The position numbers and the translations under genes were made by a program. The notes below the pieces were generated by a model that searched no databases, had not been told where the DNA came from, and saw only the letters and a list, made by a program, of their open reading frames with translations. 64,000 nt of DNA, taken from contig JBGPTH010000001.1 in assembly GCA_041490525.1 (NCBI GenBank), forward strand, positions 44,115-108,114, read 5' to 3'. Source of the stretch: Nitrospiria bacterium. Lineage in GTDB: Bacteria; Nitrospirota; Nitrospiria; Nitrospirales; NS-4. This document shows positions 9,564 to 19,317 of this stretch, piece after piece (position 1 is the stretch's first letter; each line of letters starts with the position of its first letter).

Positions 9564-9683
9564 GAAGGCTCCGGACGTTCCTGCAGGAGAGCGGCGTACT
9601 AATACCAGTCCGACCGGAGCGTGTCAAGTAGACGGCGACCTCGGGGAAAATTTTTCACGCCGCCAAAGAAGATGAGGGACGGG

Positions 9684-12272
9684 TCAAGAAAACACCAGCC
9701 GGTCATCCTCCGCATCCACATGGACCGTCTGCCCCTCCTTGAGGGTTCCCTCGAGAAGGCGAAGGGCCAATGGGTTCAGGATCTCCTTCTGGATGACCCG
9801 CTTGAGCGGACGGGCGCCATACACGACGTCATACCCGGCCCAGGCCAGGTGGTGCTTGGCCCGGTCCGTCAGCTCCAACTCGATGTGCTTCTCCTTGAGG
9901 CGAGCGCTCACTTGCCGGACTTGCAACTCCACGATCGCCGCCAGTTGATCCGGGGTGAGTGAATGGAAGATCACGATGTCGTCGATTCGGTTCAAGAACT
10001 CCGGGCGAAAGGTGTCCCGTAAGATTTCGAGGGCACGGCTCCGCACCTCCGCCGCCGTCCCGGTGGCGGCCGTCTCCTGAATCTCCCGGCTCCCGACATT
10101 GGACGTCATGATGATGACCGCGTTTTTGAAGTCCACGGTTCGGCCCTTGCCGTCGGTGAGCCGTCCATCATCCAGCAATTGGAGAAGCACGTTGAGCACA
10201 TCCTGATGCGCCTTCTCAATTTCGTCGAACAGGATCACCGAATACGGCCGCCGGCGCACGGCCTCGCTGAGCTGGCCGCCCTCTTCGTAGCCCACATACC
10301 CGGGAGGGGCTCCGATGAGCCTGGCGACCGCGTGCTTTTCCATGTACTCCGACATGTCCAGCCGGACCATCGCCTGCTCGTCATCGAAGAGAAATTCCGC
10401 CAAGGCCCGCGCCACTTCGGTCTTCCCCACGCCGGTCGGCCCCAAAAAGATGAAGGAGCCCATCGGCCGATTGGGATCCTGGATCCCCGCCCGCGCGCGC
10501 CGGACGGCATTCGAGACCGCCACGATCGCTTCGTCCTGCCCGACGACCCGCTGCCGGAGGCGATCTTCCATCTGCAAGAGCTTCTTCGTCTCCGCCTCGA
10601 TGAGCCGGGTCACGGGGATCCCGGTCCACTTCGCGACGATCCGGCAGATGTCCTCATCGTCCACTTCCTCCTTCAGCAGCCTCGTCTCACCGGGCACCTG
10701 CTGCAGGCGCGCGTTTTCTTCCTCCATGCGCTTCGTCAGCTCCAGGATTCGTCCATAGCGCAGCTCCGCCGCCCGGCCCAGGTCCCCCTCGCGCTCGGCG
10801 CGTTCGGCCTCCTGCTTGGCGTTCTCCATCTCCTCCTTGATCTCGCGGAGCTTTTTGATGGACTCCTTTTCGGCCTGCCACTGGGACGTGAGGGTGTCGG
10901 TCTCCGCCCGCAATTGCGCGAGCTCGTGTTCGAGCTTCTCCAGACGGTCCTGGGCGGACGGGTCCTTGTCCCGGCGGAGCCCTTCCCGTTCGATCTCGAT
11001 CTGCCGGATGCGGCGCATGCGTTCGTCCAACGGGGTGGGCATGCTGTCGATCTCCATCCGCAGGCGGGAGGCCGACTCGTCGACGAGATCAATCGCTTTG
11101 TCCGGCAGGAACCGGTCCTTGATGTAGCGTTTCGACAGTGTGGCCGCGGCCACAAGGGCCGCGTCCTTGATCCGGACCCCATGGTGGACCTCGTACCGCT
11201 CCTTGAGGCCGCGCAGGATCGAGATCGTATCCTCCACCGAGGGTTCCGTCACCAGAACCGGTTGGAAGCGGCGCTCCAGTGCGGGGTCTTTCTCGATCCG
11301 TTTGCGATATTCGTCGATCGTCGTCGCTCCGACGCACCGGAGATCGCCCCTGGCCAGCGCCGGCTTCAGCATGTTGGAGGCATCCATGGCGCCCTCGGCC
11401 GCCCCGGCGCCCACCAGGGTGTGGAGTTCGTCGATGAAGAGAATGATCGTGCCGGCACCTTGTTCGACCTCTCGCAACACGGCCTTCAGCCGGTCCTCGA
11501 ATTCTCCGCGAAACTTGCTGCCGGCGATCAGCGCCCCCATGTCCAGCGCCACCACGCGCCGATTCTTGAGGCCCTCCGGGACGTCCCCGTTGACGATCCG
11601 CTGCGCCAATCCCTCCGCAATCGCCGTCTTCCCCACGCCAGGCTCGCCGATCAGGCAGGGGTTGTTTTTCGTCCGCCGGGAGAGGACCTGGATCACACGC
11701 CGAATCTCCTCGTCCCGACCGATGACCGGATCCAGTTTGCCCTTTCGGGCCAGCTCGGTCAGGTCGCGGCTGTACCGTGCCAGGGCTTGATATTTCTCTT
11801 CCGGCTCCTGGTCGGTCACGCGTTGAGTGCCCCGGATCGAGGAGAGTGCCGCGAAGATGCCGTCCTTGGTCACACCCTGCCGCTTGAACACGCCGGCAGC
11901 GGACCCCCCCGCGTCGGCGATGGCGAGCAAGACATGTTCCGTGCTGAGGTATTCGTCCTTGAAGCGTTCCGCCTCCTGCTCGGCTGCGCTGAATACGGCC
12001 TGGAGGCGCGGCGTGGCGGTGAGTTGGCCGGTCATCCCGGACCCAGAGACCTGCGGAATCTTCCGAAGCTCCTGCTCGAGGTCACGCCCAAGGGCGGCGG
12101 GGTCGGCCCCCAACTTGTGGAGGAGACGGGGGATCAGCCCGTCCTGTTGGCGAACCAGGGCGACCGCCAGATGCTCCACATCGAGTTGCTGGTGCCCATC
12201 CCGTTCAGCGAGCTTTTGAGCCTCGATCAGGGCTTCCTGGGCTTTGATGGTCAGCCGGTCAAACCGAATCAT
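9684..12272 (-). CDS. clpB: ATP-dependent chaperone ClpB
   Basis: 862 aa. Clp N-domain, two AAA+ modules (Walker A '[10 protein letters not shown]' and '[10 protein letters not shown]'), and a long coiled-coil middle domain between them that is typical of ClpB. Confidence 0.95.
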   Translation of the reverse strand: MIRFDRLTIKAQEALIEAQKLAERDGHQQLDVEHLAVALVRQQDGLIPRLLHKLGADPAALGRDLEQELRKIPQVSGSGMTGQLTATPRLQAVFSAAEQEAERFKDEYLSTEHVLLAIADAGGSAAGVFKRQGVTKDGIFAALSSIRGTQRVTDQEPEEKYQALARYSRDLTELARKGKLDPVIGRDEEIRRVIQVLSRRTKNNPCLIGEPGVGKTAIAEGLAQRIVNGDVPEGLKNRRVVALDMGALIAGSKFRGEFEDRLKAVLREVEQGAGTIILFIDELHTLVGAGAAEGAMDASNMLKPALARGDLRCVGATTIDEYRKRIEKDPALERRFQPVLVTEPSVEDTISILRGLKERYEVHHGVRIKDAALVAAATLSKRYIKDRFLPDKAIDLVDESASRLRMEIDSMPTPLDERMRRIRQIEIEREGLRRDKDPSAQDRLEKLEHELAQLRAETDTLTSQWQAEKESIKKLREIKEEMENAKQEAERAEREGDLGRAAELRYGRILELTKRMEEENARLQQVPGETRLLKEEVDDEDICRIVAKWTGIPVTRLIEAETKKLLQMEDRLRQRVVGQDEAIVAVSNAVRRARAGIQDPNRPMGSFIFLGPTGVGKTEVARALAEFLFDDEQAMVRLDMSEYMEKHAVARLIGAPPGYVGYEEGGQLSEAVRRRPYSVILFDEIEKAHQDVLNVLLQLLDDGRLTDGKGRTVDFKNAVIIMTSNVGSREIQETAATGTAAEVRSRALEILRDTFRPEFLNRIDDIVIFHSLTPDQLAAIVELQVRQVSARLKEKHIELELTDRAKHHLAWAGYDVVYGARPLKRVIQKEILNPLALRLLEGTLKEGQTVHVDAEDDRLVFS

Positions 12273-12367
12273 GGACTCTCCTTTTTGAGGGTAGCATTAA
12301 AATGGGAATAAGGCGGAGGGAGCAGAAGTCAAGGAATTGGACCAGTTTTTCAATAGCATTTTCCCTC

Positions 12368-12397
12368 TTGACAAGGCCCCCAGGTTCAGGGTATAAA
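12368..12397 (+). promoter_or_regulatory. candidate sigma-70 promoter for the Rrf2/sulfate-assimilation operon
   Basis: TTGACA (12368-12373), 18-nt spacer, TATAAA (12392-12397). About 45 nt upstream of ATG 12440, in an AT-rich clpB/rrf2 divergent spacer. Confidence 0.35.
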
Positions 12398-12439
12398 TTC
12401 AATACCCATGTTTTCCTATCGATGAAGTAGGAAATACAA

Positions 12440-12895
12440 ATGCACATCTCAGCAAAAGGGGAATACGGCATTATGGCTGCCCTGGATCTGGCGCTGGCCA
12501 ACGGGACGGCCCCAATCCAGGCAAAGACCATTGCCGAGCGGCAAGGGATCCCGGTACGGTTTCTCGAACACGTTTTGAGAGAGCTACGCCATGCAGGCTT
12601 GGTCCAAAGCGCACGCGGGGCCCACGGGGGCTACCGGTTGGCCCTCCCGGCCAGCAAGATCCGACTGGGGGATGTAATTCAGGCGGTCGAGGGCCCCATC
12701 GCGCTGACGATCCATGGGGCCCCACGAGGGAGAAACGGAAACGGCCGTCACACCTTGCACGGGTCCTTGGTCCAGGGTGTCTGGGATGAGGTTAAAGTGT
12801 CGGTTCTGGAGACGCTCAACCGCACGACGCTTGCCGATCTATGCCGGCAAGCCCGTGACCTCGAAGAGCAACGCGTCCTGATGTATCACATCTGA
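12440..12895 (+). CDS. Rrf2 family transcriptional regulator (CymR-like, no Fe-S Cys triad)
   Basis: 'MHISAKGEYGIMAALDLAL...IQAKTIAERQGIPVRFLEHVLRELRHAGLVQSARGAHGGYRLA' is the Rrf2 wHTH. There is only one Cys, so no IscR/NsrR-type cluster ligands. It sits directly upstream of the sulfate-reduction genes. Confidence 0.85.
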   Translation: MHISAKGEYGIMAALDLALANGTAPIQAKTIAERQGIPVRFLEHVLRELRHAGLVQSARGAHGGYRLALPASKIRLGDVIQAVEGPIALTIHGAPRGRNGNGRHTLHGSLVQGVWDEVKVSVLETLNRTTLADLCRQARDLEEQRVLMYHI

Positions 12896-12942
12896 TGACG
12901 TAGGGGCGGGGGGTTGACCCCGCCCTCTTAGGAGCCCTGACC

Positions 12943-15393
12943 ATGAAGACGCTATCCACCCAGACCATACAGACGGCCCCGATTCCGCCGGAGATCCTTG
13001 GTGAAATCGAGTCCTTTGAGGACGAAGTCGCTAAGCTGCTGAAGGGCGACGTGTCACTGGATATGTTCCGACCCTTCCGCCTCCAACACGGGATTTACGG
13101 CCAGCGCCAACCCGGCGTTCAGATGGTCCGCATCAAGATCCCCTTCGGCGGCCTGAACTCCAACCAGCTCCGCGTCATCGCCGAGCTGGCCGACCGGTAC
13201 GCCACCGGCGTGGGCCACGTCACCACCCGCCAGGACATCCAGCTGCACTTCGCGCCAATCGAGGATTGCGGCACGATCATGCGGCGGCTGGCCGCGGTCG
13301 GCGTCACGACCCGCGAGGCCTGCGGGAACACCGTCCGGAACGTCACCGCCTGTCATCTGGCCGGCGTCTGCCAAGGGGAAGTCTTCGACGTGACCCCTTA
13401 CGCCAAGGCGGTGTCCGCCCATCTCTTGCGCAACCCGCTGAATCAGAGCCTGCCGCGCAAGTTCAAGATCGCGTTCTCCGGGTGCCGGCATGATTGCGCC
13501 ATGACGCCCATCCATGACCTCGGCTTCCTGGCGGCGAAGAAGGCGGACGGGACCATCGGCTTCCGTGTGACGGCGGGCGGCGGGCTGGGCTCCGCCCCAC
13601 GGATCGCGCATCTCCTGCACGAATTCATGCCCATGGAGGACCTGCTCCCCACCTGCGATGCGATCATCAAGGTCTTCGACAACCTGGGCAATCGGAAGAA
13701 CCGCAACAAGGCCCGCATGAAGTTCGTAATCGAAAAACTCGGGTTCGAGGAATTCAAGCGCCGGTTCGAGACCGAGTACGCTGTCATCCGCAAGAGCTAT
13801 AACGGGAACCTGGACTTGCCGACGATCGCCGACGTCGCGCCCCAACTGATTCAGCCAGTCAAACCGAACGGCGGTAACGGCGCCAAAGGCAACGGCGGCC
13901 CGAGCAGCGAGTCCGAGACCCCGTACGAAATGTGGCGGCGCACGAACGTCGTCCCGCAGCGGCAGACGGGGTTCTCGGCCGCCTTCATCCGGCTGCCCAT
14001 GGGGGACATCACCTCCGCCCAGATGCTCGCGGTGGCCGACCTCATTGACGAGTTCGCCAACGGAAACATCCGGACCACGATCCAGCAAAACCTCTGCATC
14101 CGCTGGGTGCCCGACGGGAAGGTCCAGGATCTGTACCACCGGCTCGTCGCCGCCAACCTGGGCGACCCCGGCGCCGAACTCGTCGAAGACATCATCGCCT
14201 GCCCCGGCACCGACACGTGCGGCTTGGGGATCACCTCTTCCAAAGGACTGGCCCGGGCCCTGGCCGAGGTCTTCCCCGCCGGTAAGGTTCCGGAGGAGCT
14301 CCGGAACGAGTCGGTGAAGATCAGCGGCTGCCACAATTCGTGCGCCCAGCACCATATCGCCACCATCGGACTCCACGGGGTCGGCAAGCGGATCGGCAAG
14401 CACGTGGCCCCGCATTACGAACTGCATCTCGGCGGCCGGATCGACGGCCAACCCCGGATCGGCCAGATGACCGTCAAGCTGCCGGCCAAGAATGTCCCGG
14501 CGGCCGTCTCGCATCTCCTGGAGGTGTGGCGGCGGGACCGCCGCGAGGGGGAACGGCTCCTGGACTTCATAGTCCGCGCCGGCAAGGTCACGCTCAAAGA
14601 CGAACTCATTCCCTTCACCATCGTTCCGGGCTTCGAGGCGGATCCCTCCTACTACTACGACTGGGAGGGGGAAGAAGAATTCATCCTGGAGGACCTTGGC
14701 CCCGGTGAGTGCGCGGGAGGCGCCCTGGAGATGATCGAAAACCGAATCCTCGAAGCCGACCAGGAGCTGTACCAGGCCCGACTGCTCGAGGGGAAGGCGC
14801 AGCATGGAGCGGCGGTGAACAAGGCGTATCGGGCGGTGCTGGCCGCCGCCAAGGCGGTCCTGGTCACGGAAGGGATCGATCCGAACACCGATGCCGATAC
14901 GTTCGTTGAATTCGAACGGCGTTTCGGCGCTTCAGGGAAGGCCCCCTCCGCATACGCACGACCCACGGCCGGCATCGGCGACCTCGGCCCCAAGGAGACG
15001 ACGGCCGCGTTCGCGGCTGAGAAGATCACCTACGCCAAGGGCTTTGTGGAGGCGTGCCGGACCCTCTCGGAGGAGAAGAGCCAGGACCTCAAGCTCAAAG
15101 AGGCGTCCGCAGGCTTCCCCGCCCCGGAGACCGCTCCCCCCGCACCCGCGGCCGTCGCGGCCGGAAAGCCCGTCTCGACGCTGGACCTGCGCGGGGTAAT
15201 GTGCCCGATTAACTACGTCAAGACGAAGCTCAAGCTCGAACTGATGGAGCCGGGCGAACTCCTGGAGGTTTGGCTGGACGCGGGCGATCCAATCAGGAAC
15301 GTGCCCATGTCCTTGCGGAACGACGGCCAGAAGGTCCTGTCCGAGGTCCCCTCGGACACCTTCTTCAAAGTCACCGTGGAGAAGGTGGGATGA
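12943..15393 (+). CDS. assimilatory sulfite reductase (NirA/Sir type) fused to a helical domain and a C-terminal TusA/SirA-like domain
   Basis: 816 aa. Siroheme-[4Fe-4S] Cys motifs 'CPGTDTCGLG' and 'SGCHNSCAQH' lie in a duplicated nitrite/sulfite-reductase core (aa ~1-570). A helical insert covers aa ~585-700 (nt ~14695-15042). The last ~72 aa, 'LDLRGVMCPINYVKTKLKLELMEPGELLEVWLDAGDPIRNVPMSLRNDGQKV' (nt ~15175-15390), match the TusA fold with its reactive Cys. Confidence 0.85.
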   Translation: MKTLSTQTIQTAPIPPEILGEIESFEDEVAKLLKGDVSLDMFRPFRLQHGIYGQRQPGVQMVRIKIPFGGLNSNQLRVIAELADRYATGVGHVTTRQDIQLHFAPIEDCGTIMRRLAAVGVTTREACGNTVRNVTACHLAGVCQGEVFDVTPYAKAVSAHLLRNPLNQSLPRKFKIAFSGCRHDCAMTPIHDLGFLAAKKADGTIGFRVTAGGGLGSAPRIAHLLHEFMPMEDLLPTCDAIIKVFDNLGNRKNRNKARMKFVIEKLGFEEFKRRFETEYAVIRKSYNGNLDLPTIADVAPQLIQPVKPNGGNGAKGNGGPSSESETPYEMWRRTNVVPQRQTGFSAAFIRLPMGDITSAQMLAVADLIDEFANGNIRTTIQQNLCIRWVPDGKVQDLYHRLVAANLGDPGAELVEDIIACPGTDTCGLGITSSKGLARALAEVFPAGKVPEELRNESVKISGCHNSCAQHHIATIGLHGVGKRIGKHVAPHYELHLGGRIDGQPRIGQMTVKLPAKNVPAAVSHLLEVWRRDRREGERLLDFIVRAGKVTLKDELIPFTIVPGFEADPSYYYDWEGEEEFILEDLGPGECAGGALEMIENRILEADQELYQARLLEGKAQHGAAVNKAYRAVLAAAKAVLVTEGIDPNTDADTFVEFERRFGASGKAPSAYARPTAGIGDLGPKETTAAFAAEKITYAKGFVEACRTLSEEKSQDLKLKEASAGFPAPETAPPAPAAVAAGKPVSTLDLRGVMCPINYVKTKLKLELMEPGELLEVWLDAGDPIRNVPMSLRNDGQKVLSEVPSDTFFKVTVEKVG

Positions 15394-16088
15394 CGACGCC
15401 GGCGGGATCAGCAGATCTCAAAGCGCTCAGCGACTCGTTCGAGGCACAGGCCCCCCACGAGATCCTCGCCTACGCCCTCGAGACCTACTTTCCCGACATC
15501 GTGCTGGCCAGCAGCTTCGGCGCCGAGGACGTAGTCTTGATCGATATGGTGCATCGGATCAACCCAGGGACGCCGATCCTCTACCTGGACACGGATTTTC
15601 TCTTCAAGGAGACCTACGAGACCAGGGACCGGCTGATCCAGAAATACGGGATCGCCCCCATCCAGGTGAAATCCCTCCTCACGCCGGAGCACCAGGCCGA
15701 GCGGTTCGGCGACAAACTCTGGGAGCGTCACCCGAACGAGTGCTGCAACCAGCGCAAGGTCGAGCCGCTGACACGGGCGCTGAAGGGCTACAAGGCTTGG
15801 ATCTCGGGGATCCGGCGGGATCAATCGCCCGCGCGGGCGCATGCCGGGCTGGTCGAGTGGGACAGCCGGTTCGGGCTGGTGAAGTTCAACCCGCTGGCCC
15901 GGTGGAAGGTCGAGGACGTCTGGGGGTACATCAAGCTCCACGACGTCCCCTACAATCCGCTCCACGACCAAAACTATCCGAGCATCGGCTGCACGTACTG
16001 CACCCGTCCGGTCCAGCCCGGCGAGGACCCCCGGGCGGGGCGCTGGGCCGGCATGGCCAAAACCGAGTGCGGCCTGCATCCCAAATAA
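15390..16088 (+). CDS. cysH: adenylyl-sulfate (APS)/PAPS reductase, Fe-S subclass
   Basis: ATG 15390 overlaps the upstream stop (ATGA); the listed ORF start 15270 is an in-frame overrun. '[15 protein letters not shown]', the Cys pairs 'NECCNQRK' and 'GCTYCT', and the C-terminal 'KTECGLH' fit the [4Fe-4S] APS-reductase type. Confidence 0.9.
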   Translation: MTTPAGSADLKALSDSFEAQAPHEILAYALETYFPDIVLASSFGAEDVVLIDMVHRINPGTPILYLDTDFLFKETYETRDRLIQKYGIAPIQVKSLLTPEHQAERFGDKLWERHPNECCNQRKVEPLTRALKGYKAWISGIRRDQSPARAHAGLVEWDSRFGLVKFNPLARWKVEDVWGYIKLHDVPYNPLHDQNYPSIGCTYCTRPVQPGEDPRAGRWAGMAKTECGLHPK

Positions 16089-16095
16089 TAACGTT

Positions 16096-16896
16096 ATGGA
16101 CACCCATCTCCGCCAGCTCGAAGATCAGAGCGTCTATATCTTTCGGGAGGCCTACAAGCATTTCGATCATCTTGCGATGCTGTGGTCCATGGGCAAGGAC
16201 TCCACAGTGCTCCTATGGCTCGCCCGCAAGGCCTTCTTCGGGCACGTCCCGTTTCCGCTGATCCACATCGACACCAGCTTCAAGATTCCCGCCATGATCG
16301 AATACCGTGACCGCATCGTCCGGGAATGGCGCCTGAACTTGATTATCGGCCAGAACAAGGAGGCCCTCGCAAACGGGATGAACCACACCATGGGACGGGT
16401 CACCTGCTGCACGGCCCTCAAGACGAACGGCCTCAAGAACCTCCTCGCCGAGAAGGGCTACACCGGCGTGATCCTGGGGGTGCGAGCCGACGAGGAAGGG
16501 ACGCGGGCCAAGGAACGGTATTTCTCCCCGCGCGACAAGCACGGCGACTGGAATTTTCGCGAGCAGCCGCCCGAACTCTGGGACCAGTTCAAGACCACCT
16601 TCCCCGAAGGGACGCACATCCGCATCCACCCGCTGCTGGACTGGACCGAGGTCAACATCTGGGAATACATCAAGGCCGAATCCATCCCGATCATCGACCT
16701 GTATTTCGATAAGGGTGAGGGCATCCGCTACCGGAGCCTTGGGTGCGCCCCCTGCACCGCTCCGATCAAGTCCACCGCCAGGACCGTCGACGAGATCATC
16801 GAGGAGCTGCGCCATACCACCGTCGCGGAGCGCTCCGGGCGCGCGCAGGACGAGGGGCGCGGGATGGAGCTGCTCCGCAAAGACGGCTACATGTGA
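16096..16896 (+). CDS. cysD: sulfate adenylyltransferase subunit 2
   Basis: PP-loop '[16 protein letters not shown]'. 266 aa. Immediately followed by cysN. Confidence 0.93.
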   Translation: MDTHLRQLEDQSVYIFREAYKHFDHLAMLWSMGKDSTVLLWLARKAFFGHVPFPLIHIDTSFKIPAMIEYRDRIVREWRLNLIIGQNKEALANGMNHTMGRVTCCTALKTNGLKNLLAEKGYTGVILGVRADEEGTRAKERYFSPRDKHGDWNFREQPPELWDQFKTTFPEGTHIRIHPLLDWTEVNIWEYIKAESIPIIDLYFDKGEGIRYRSLGCAPCTAPIKSTARTVDEIIEELRHTTVAERSGRAQDEGRGMELLRKDGYM

Positions 16897-16904
16897 CGAA
16901 CGCC

Positions 16905-18740
16905 ATGCCGACCCTCACCCCACCCGCCGCGCGCGCCGGCGACCATCTCAATATCGTCATCGTCGGCCACGTGGATCACGGAAAATCGACGCTGCTCGGC
17001 CGCCTGTACGCCGACACCAACTCGCTCCCGGAAGGGAAGCTGGACAAGGTGCGGGACATCTGCCGCCGCCAGGGCAAGGAATTCGAGTACGCCTTCCTGT
17101 TCGACGCGTTCCTGGAGGAGCAGGAACAGGGCATCACGATCGATACCGCCCGCACCTTCTTTGCCTGGCGGGACCGGCACTACATCATCATTGATGCCCC
17201 CGGGCACAAGGAATTCCTCAAGAACATGATCTCCGGCGCGGCGCGCGCCGAAGCCGCGCTGCTGGTCATCGACGCCCAGGAGGGCGTCAAGGAACAGTCC
17301 AAGAAGCACGGGCATCTCCTATCCCTGCTCGGCGTCCGGCAGGTGGCCGTGGTGGTCAACAAGATGGACCTGGTCGGGTACCGACAGGACGTGTACGGGG
17401 CGATCGAGGCCGAATACCGGGCCTTCCTGGCCCAGTTTAACGTGACCCCGGAGCGGTTCGTCCCGGTCAGCGCGAAACTCGGTGACAACATCGCGAGTCC
17501 CAGCGTCCACATGCCCTGGTACACCGGTCCGACGGTGCTGGACACCCTCGGCCTGTTCCGGAAGGAGACGGCGCGGGAGCACCAGCCCCTGCGGTTTCCC
17601 GTGCAGGACGTGTACAAATTCGACGCCCGCCGGATCATCGCCGGGCGCATCGCCGCCGGGCGCATCAAGGTCGGCGACCGGCTCGTGTTCTCCCCGTCCA
17701 ACAAGTCCGCCAACGTCAAGTCGATCGAGGGATTCAACGTGGAACCGGTCCCGACCGAGGCGAAAGCCGGCCAGTCCACCGGGATTACGCTTGACGAGCA
17801 GATCTTCATCGAGCGGGGCGAGATTGCCTCGCTCGAGGACTCGGCCCCGCTGGTGTCCACCACCTTCCGGTGCAACCTCTTCTGGATGGGCCGACGCCCG
17901 CTGGAGGCCGGCAAGAAGTATCTCCTCCGGCTGGCGACCCGCGAGGTGGAATGCGAAGTGGCCATCATCCACCGGATCATTGATGCCGCCGACCTGGCCG
18001 CCCGCCAGACCCAGTCGATCGTGGGGCGGAACGAAGTGGCCGAACTCACGATCCGCGCCAAGGCCCCTCTCGCTTTCGACTTGTATGGCGACTTAGAGAC
18101 CACCGGCCGGTTCGTCCTGGTGGACCAGTACGACGTGTCCGGCGGCGGCATCGTCACCGAAGCGGTCCGGGACGAACAGACGGTGCTTCGCGAGGAGGCC
18201 CGCCGGCGGGACATCGCCTGGGTCAAGGGCGACGTCGGGCCCGATGATCGGGCCCGGCATTTCGGCCATCGCGCCGCCCTGGTGCTCATCACCGGCGATC
18301 GGCACACGGGCAAGTCCTTCCTGGCCCGGCGATTGGAGATCCGGCTGGTGGCCGACGGGCGCCACACCTATCTGTTGGACGGCGCCAATCTCAGGCGGGG
18401 CTTGGACACCGACTTGGTGGATGAGGACACGAAGGAGATGGTGCGTCGGTTCGGGGAAGTCGCCCGCCTGCTGATCGATACGGGGCTGATCGTGGTGTCG
18501 ACCACCAACACCTTCGGGCAAGCGGACCACCAGGCGATCCGGACTCTCGTACACCCCGCCCCGGTGATCGCCGTGCACATGAGCAAGACCGAGGACGCGC
18601 CTCCCCCCAACACCGACCTGGCCTTCGCCGGGCCCAAAGACTTTGAAGCCATCGCGGATCGGATCGTCGAGGAGTTGAAGCGGCAGGGCGTCCTGGCCCA
18701 GGCCATCGGCGCGAAACAGCAGTTCCACTACTCGATCTAA
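16905..18740 (+). CDS. cysN: sulfate adenylyltransferase subunit 1 fused to an APS-kinase-like domain
   Basis: Start ATG 16905 ('MPTLTPPAARAGDHLNIVIVGHVDHGKSTLLGRL'); the listed start 16743 overlaps cysD. GTPase motifs 'GHVDHGKS', 'DAPGHKEF' and 'NKMD' are present. The C-terminal ~170 aa are APS-kinase-like (Walker A 'GDRHTGKS', 'LLDGANLRRGL') with diverged substrate motifs. Confidence 0.9.
   Translation: MPTLTPPAARAGDHLNIVIVGHVDHGKSTLLGRLYADTNSLPEGKLDKVRDICRRQGKEFEYAFLFDAFLEEQEQGITIDTARTFFAWRDRHYIIIDAPGHKEFLKNMISGAARAEAALLVIDAQEGVKEQSKKHGHLLSLLGVRQVAVVVNKMDLVGYRQDVYGAIEAEYRAFLAQFNVTPERFVPVSAKLGDNIASPSVHMPWYTGPTVLDTLGLFRKETAREHQPLRFPVQDVYKFDARRIIAGRIAAGRIKVGDRLVFSPSNKSANVKSIEGFNVEPVPTEAKAGQSTGITLDEQIFIERGEIASLEDSAPLVSTTFRCNLFWMGRRPLEAGKKYLLRLATREVECEVAIIHRIIDAADLAARQTQSIVGRNEVAELTIRAKAPLAFDLYGDLETTGRFVLVDQYDVSGGGIVTEAVRDEQTVLREEARRRDIAWVKGDVGPDDRARHFGHRAALVLITGDRHTGKSFLARRLEIRLVADGRHTYLLDGANLRRGLDTDLVDEDTKEMVRRFGEVARLLIDTGLIVVSTTNTFGQADHQAIRTLVHPAPVIAVHMSKTEDAPPPNTDLAFAGPKDFEAIADRIVEELKRQGVLAQAIGAKQQFHYSI
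18720..18739. repeat. direct repeat copy 1 (native 3' end of cysN)
   Basis: cagttccactactcgatcta encodes the last codons of cysN ('QFHYSI'). An identical 20-mer recurs at 19083-19102. Imperfect similarity extends upstream (18708-18719 vs 19072-19082). Confidence 0.9.
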
Positions 18741-18790
18741 CGGCTCCTCTGCACCGGGCACGCTCACAGCCGAAACCCCCACCGTCCGCG

Positions 18791-19063
18791 AAACGGCGCT
18801 ACTGGTCGGCGCAAGTCACGGAGCAGAGCAACGCGTTGGATCTGGAGCAAGGCGTCTTCACGCTGGCGACTCCAGAAGCGATCGCCCTTTCGCTCAAGCG
18901 ATCAGCTGAAGCCAGCGCGCGCCGTAAGGGCACACCCTATCAGTCGGCCATGTCCATGCTGAATTTCTACATCAATCGGGCGGGCAAGAATTTGAGCGAC
19001 AAGCGCATGCGCGTGCTCAAGCGTGCGAAGGTCGAGCTGCGGAAATTGTTCGCCCGGGACTAG
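18791..19063 (+). pseudogene. DUF3175-family gene, apparently 5'-truncated
   Basis: 'KRRYWSAQVTEQSNALDLEQGVFTLATPEAIALSLKRSAEASARRKGTPYQSAMSMLNFYINRAGKNLSDKRMRVLKRAKVELRKLF' matches my memory of the ~90-100-aa DUF3175 family. The frame is open back to 18647, but there is no ATG/GTG upstream of the conserved region. Only the internal TTG at 18836 is available. Confidence 0.5.
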
Positions 19064-19082
19064 AAGGAGCTGGCGCCAAGCC

Positions 19083-19102
19083 CAGTTCCACTACTCGATC
19101 TA
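19083..19102. repeat. direct repeat copy 2 (relic cysN 3' end)
   Basis: Identical 20-mer cagttccactactcgatcta. With the preceding ggcgccaagcc it would read 'GAKPQFHYSI*' if one missing base were restored. That makes it a relic of the cysN C-terminus. Confidence 0.85.
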
Positions 19103-19317
19103 GTTAGATCCAGCCGCGCACGTCAGGAAGAGCCCCGTGCTCCCGCATCGCGCACATCCTGGTATTAGAGGCGCGCTGGACGCACAAGTTCCGGTAGAGA
19201 TGTGCTCGCTTGACGGGCGCAGTTGAGGCTCGCCCTGTTGCTGTCGAAGAAGGTCGCAGATAAGAGTTTATTGGGTCGGACCTCATTTCCAGTGATCTGA
19301 TTTCTTGCCGCTCTGTT

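Noticed and set aside
10179-12311. 710-aa plus-strand ORF opposite clpB
   Set aside because: Same high-GC antisense artefact. The clpB frame carries both AAA+ Walker motifs, and the antisense product is low-complexity.
12273-12439. Search for CIRCE (TTAGCACTC-N9-GAGTGCTAA) or a sigma-32 promoter upstream of clpB
   Set aside because: No CIRCE-like inverted repeat is present. 'CTTGAC...CCCATTTTA' on the minus strand has a spacer of about 21 nt, too long for the sigma-32 consensus. No heat-shock element is claimed.
13054-14805. 583-aa minus-strand ORF opposite the sulfite reductase gene
   Set aside because: Antisense artefact. The same reasoning rejects the other long shadow ORFs at 22751-24559, 28475-29908, 31456-33183, 35950-37398, 37395-38969, 48691-50187, 51781-53277 and 61066-62166.
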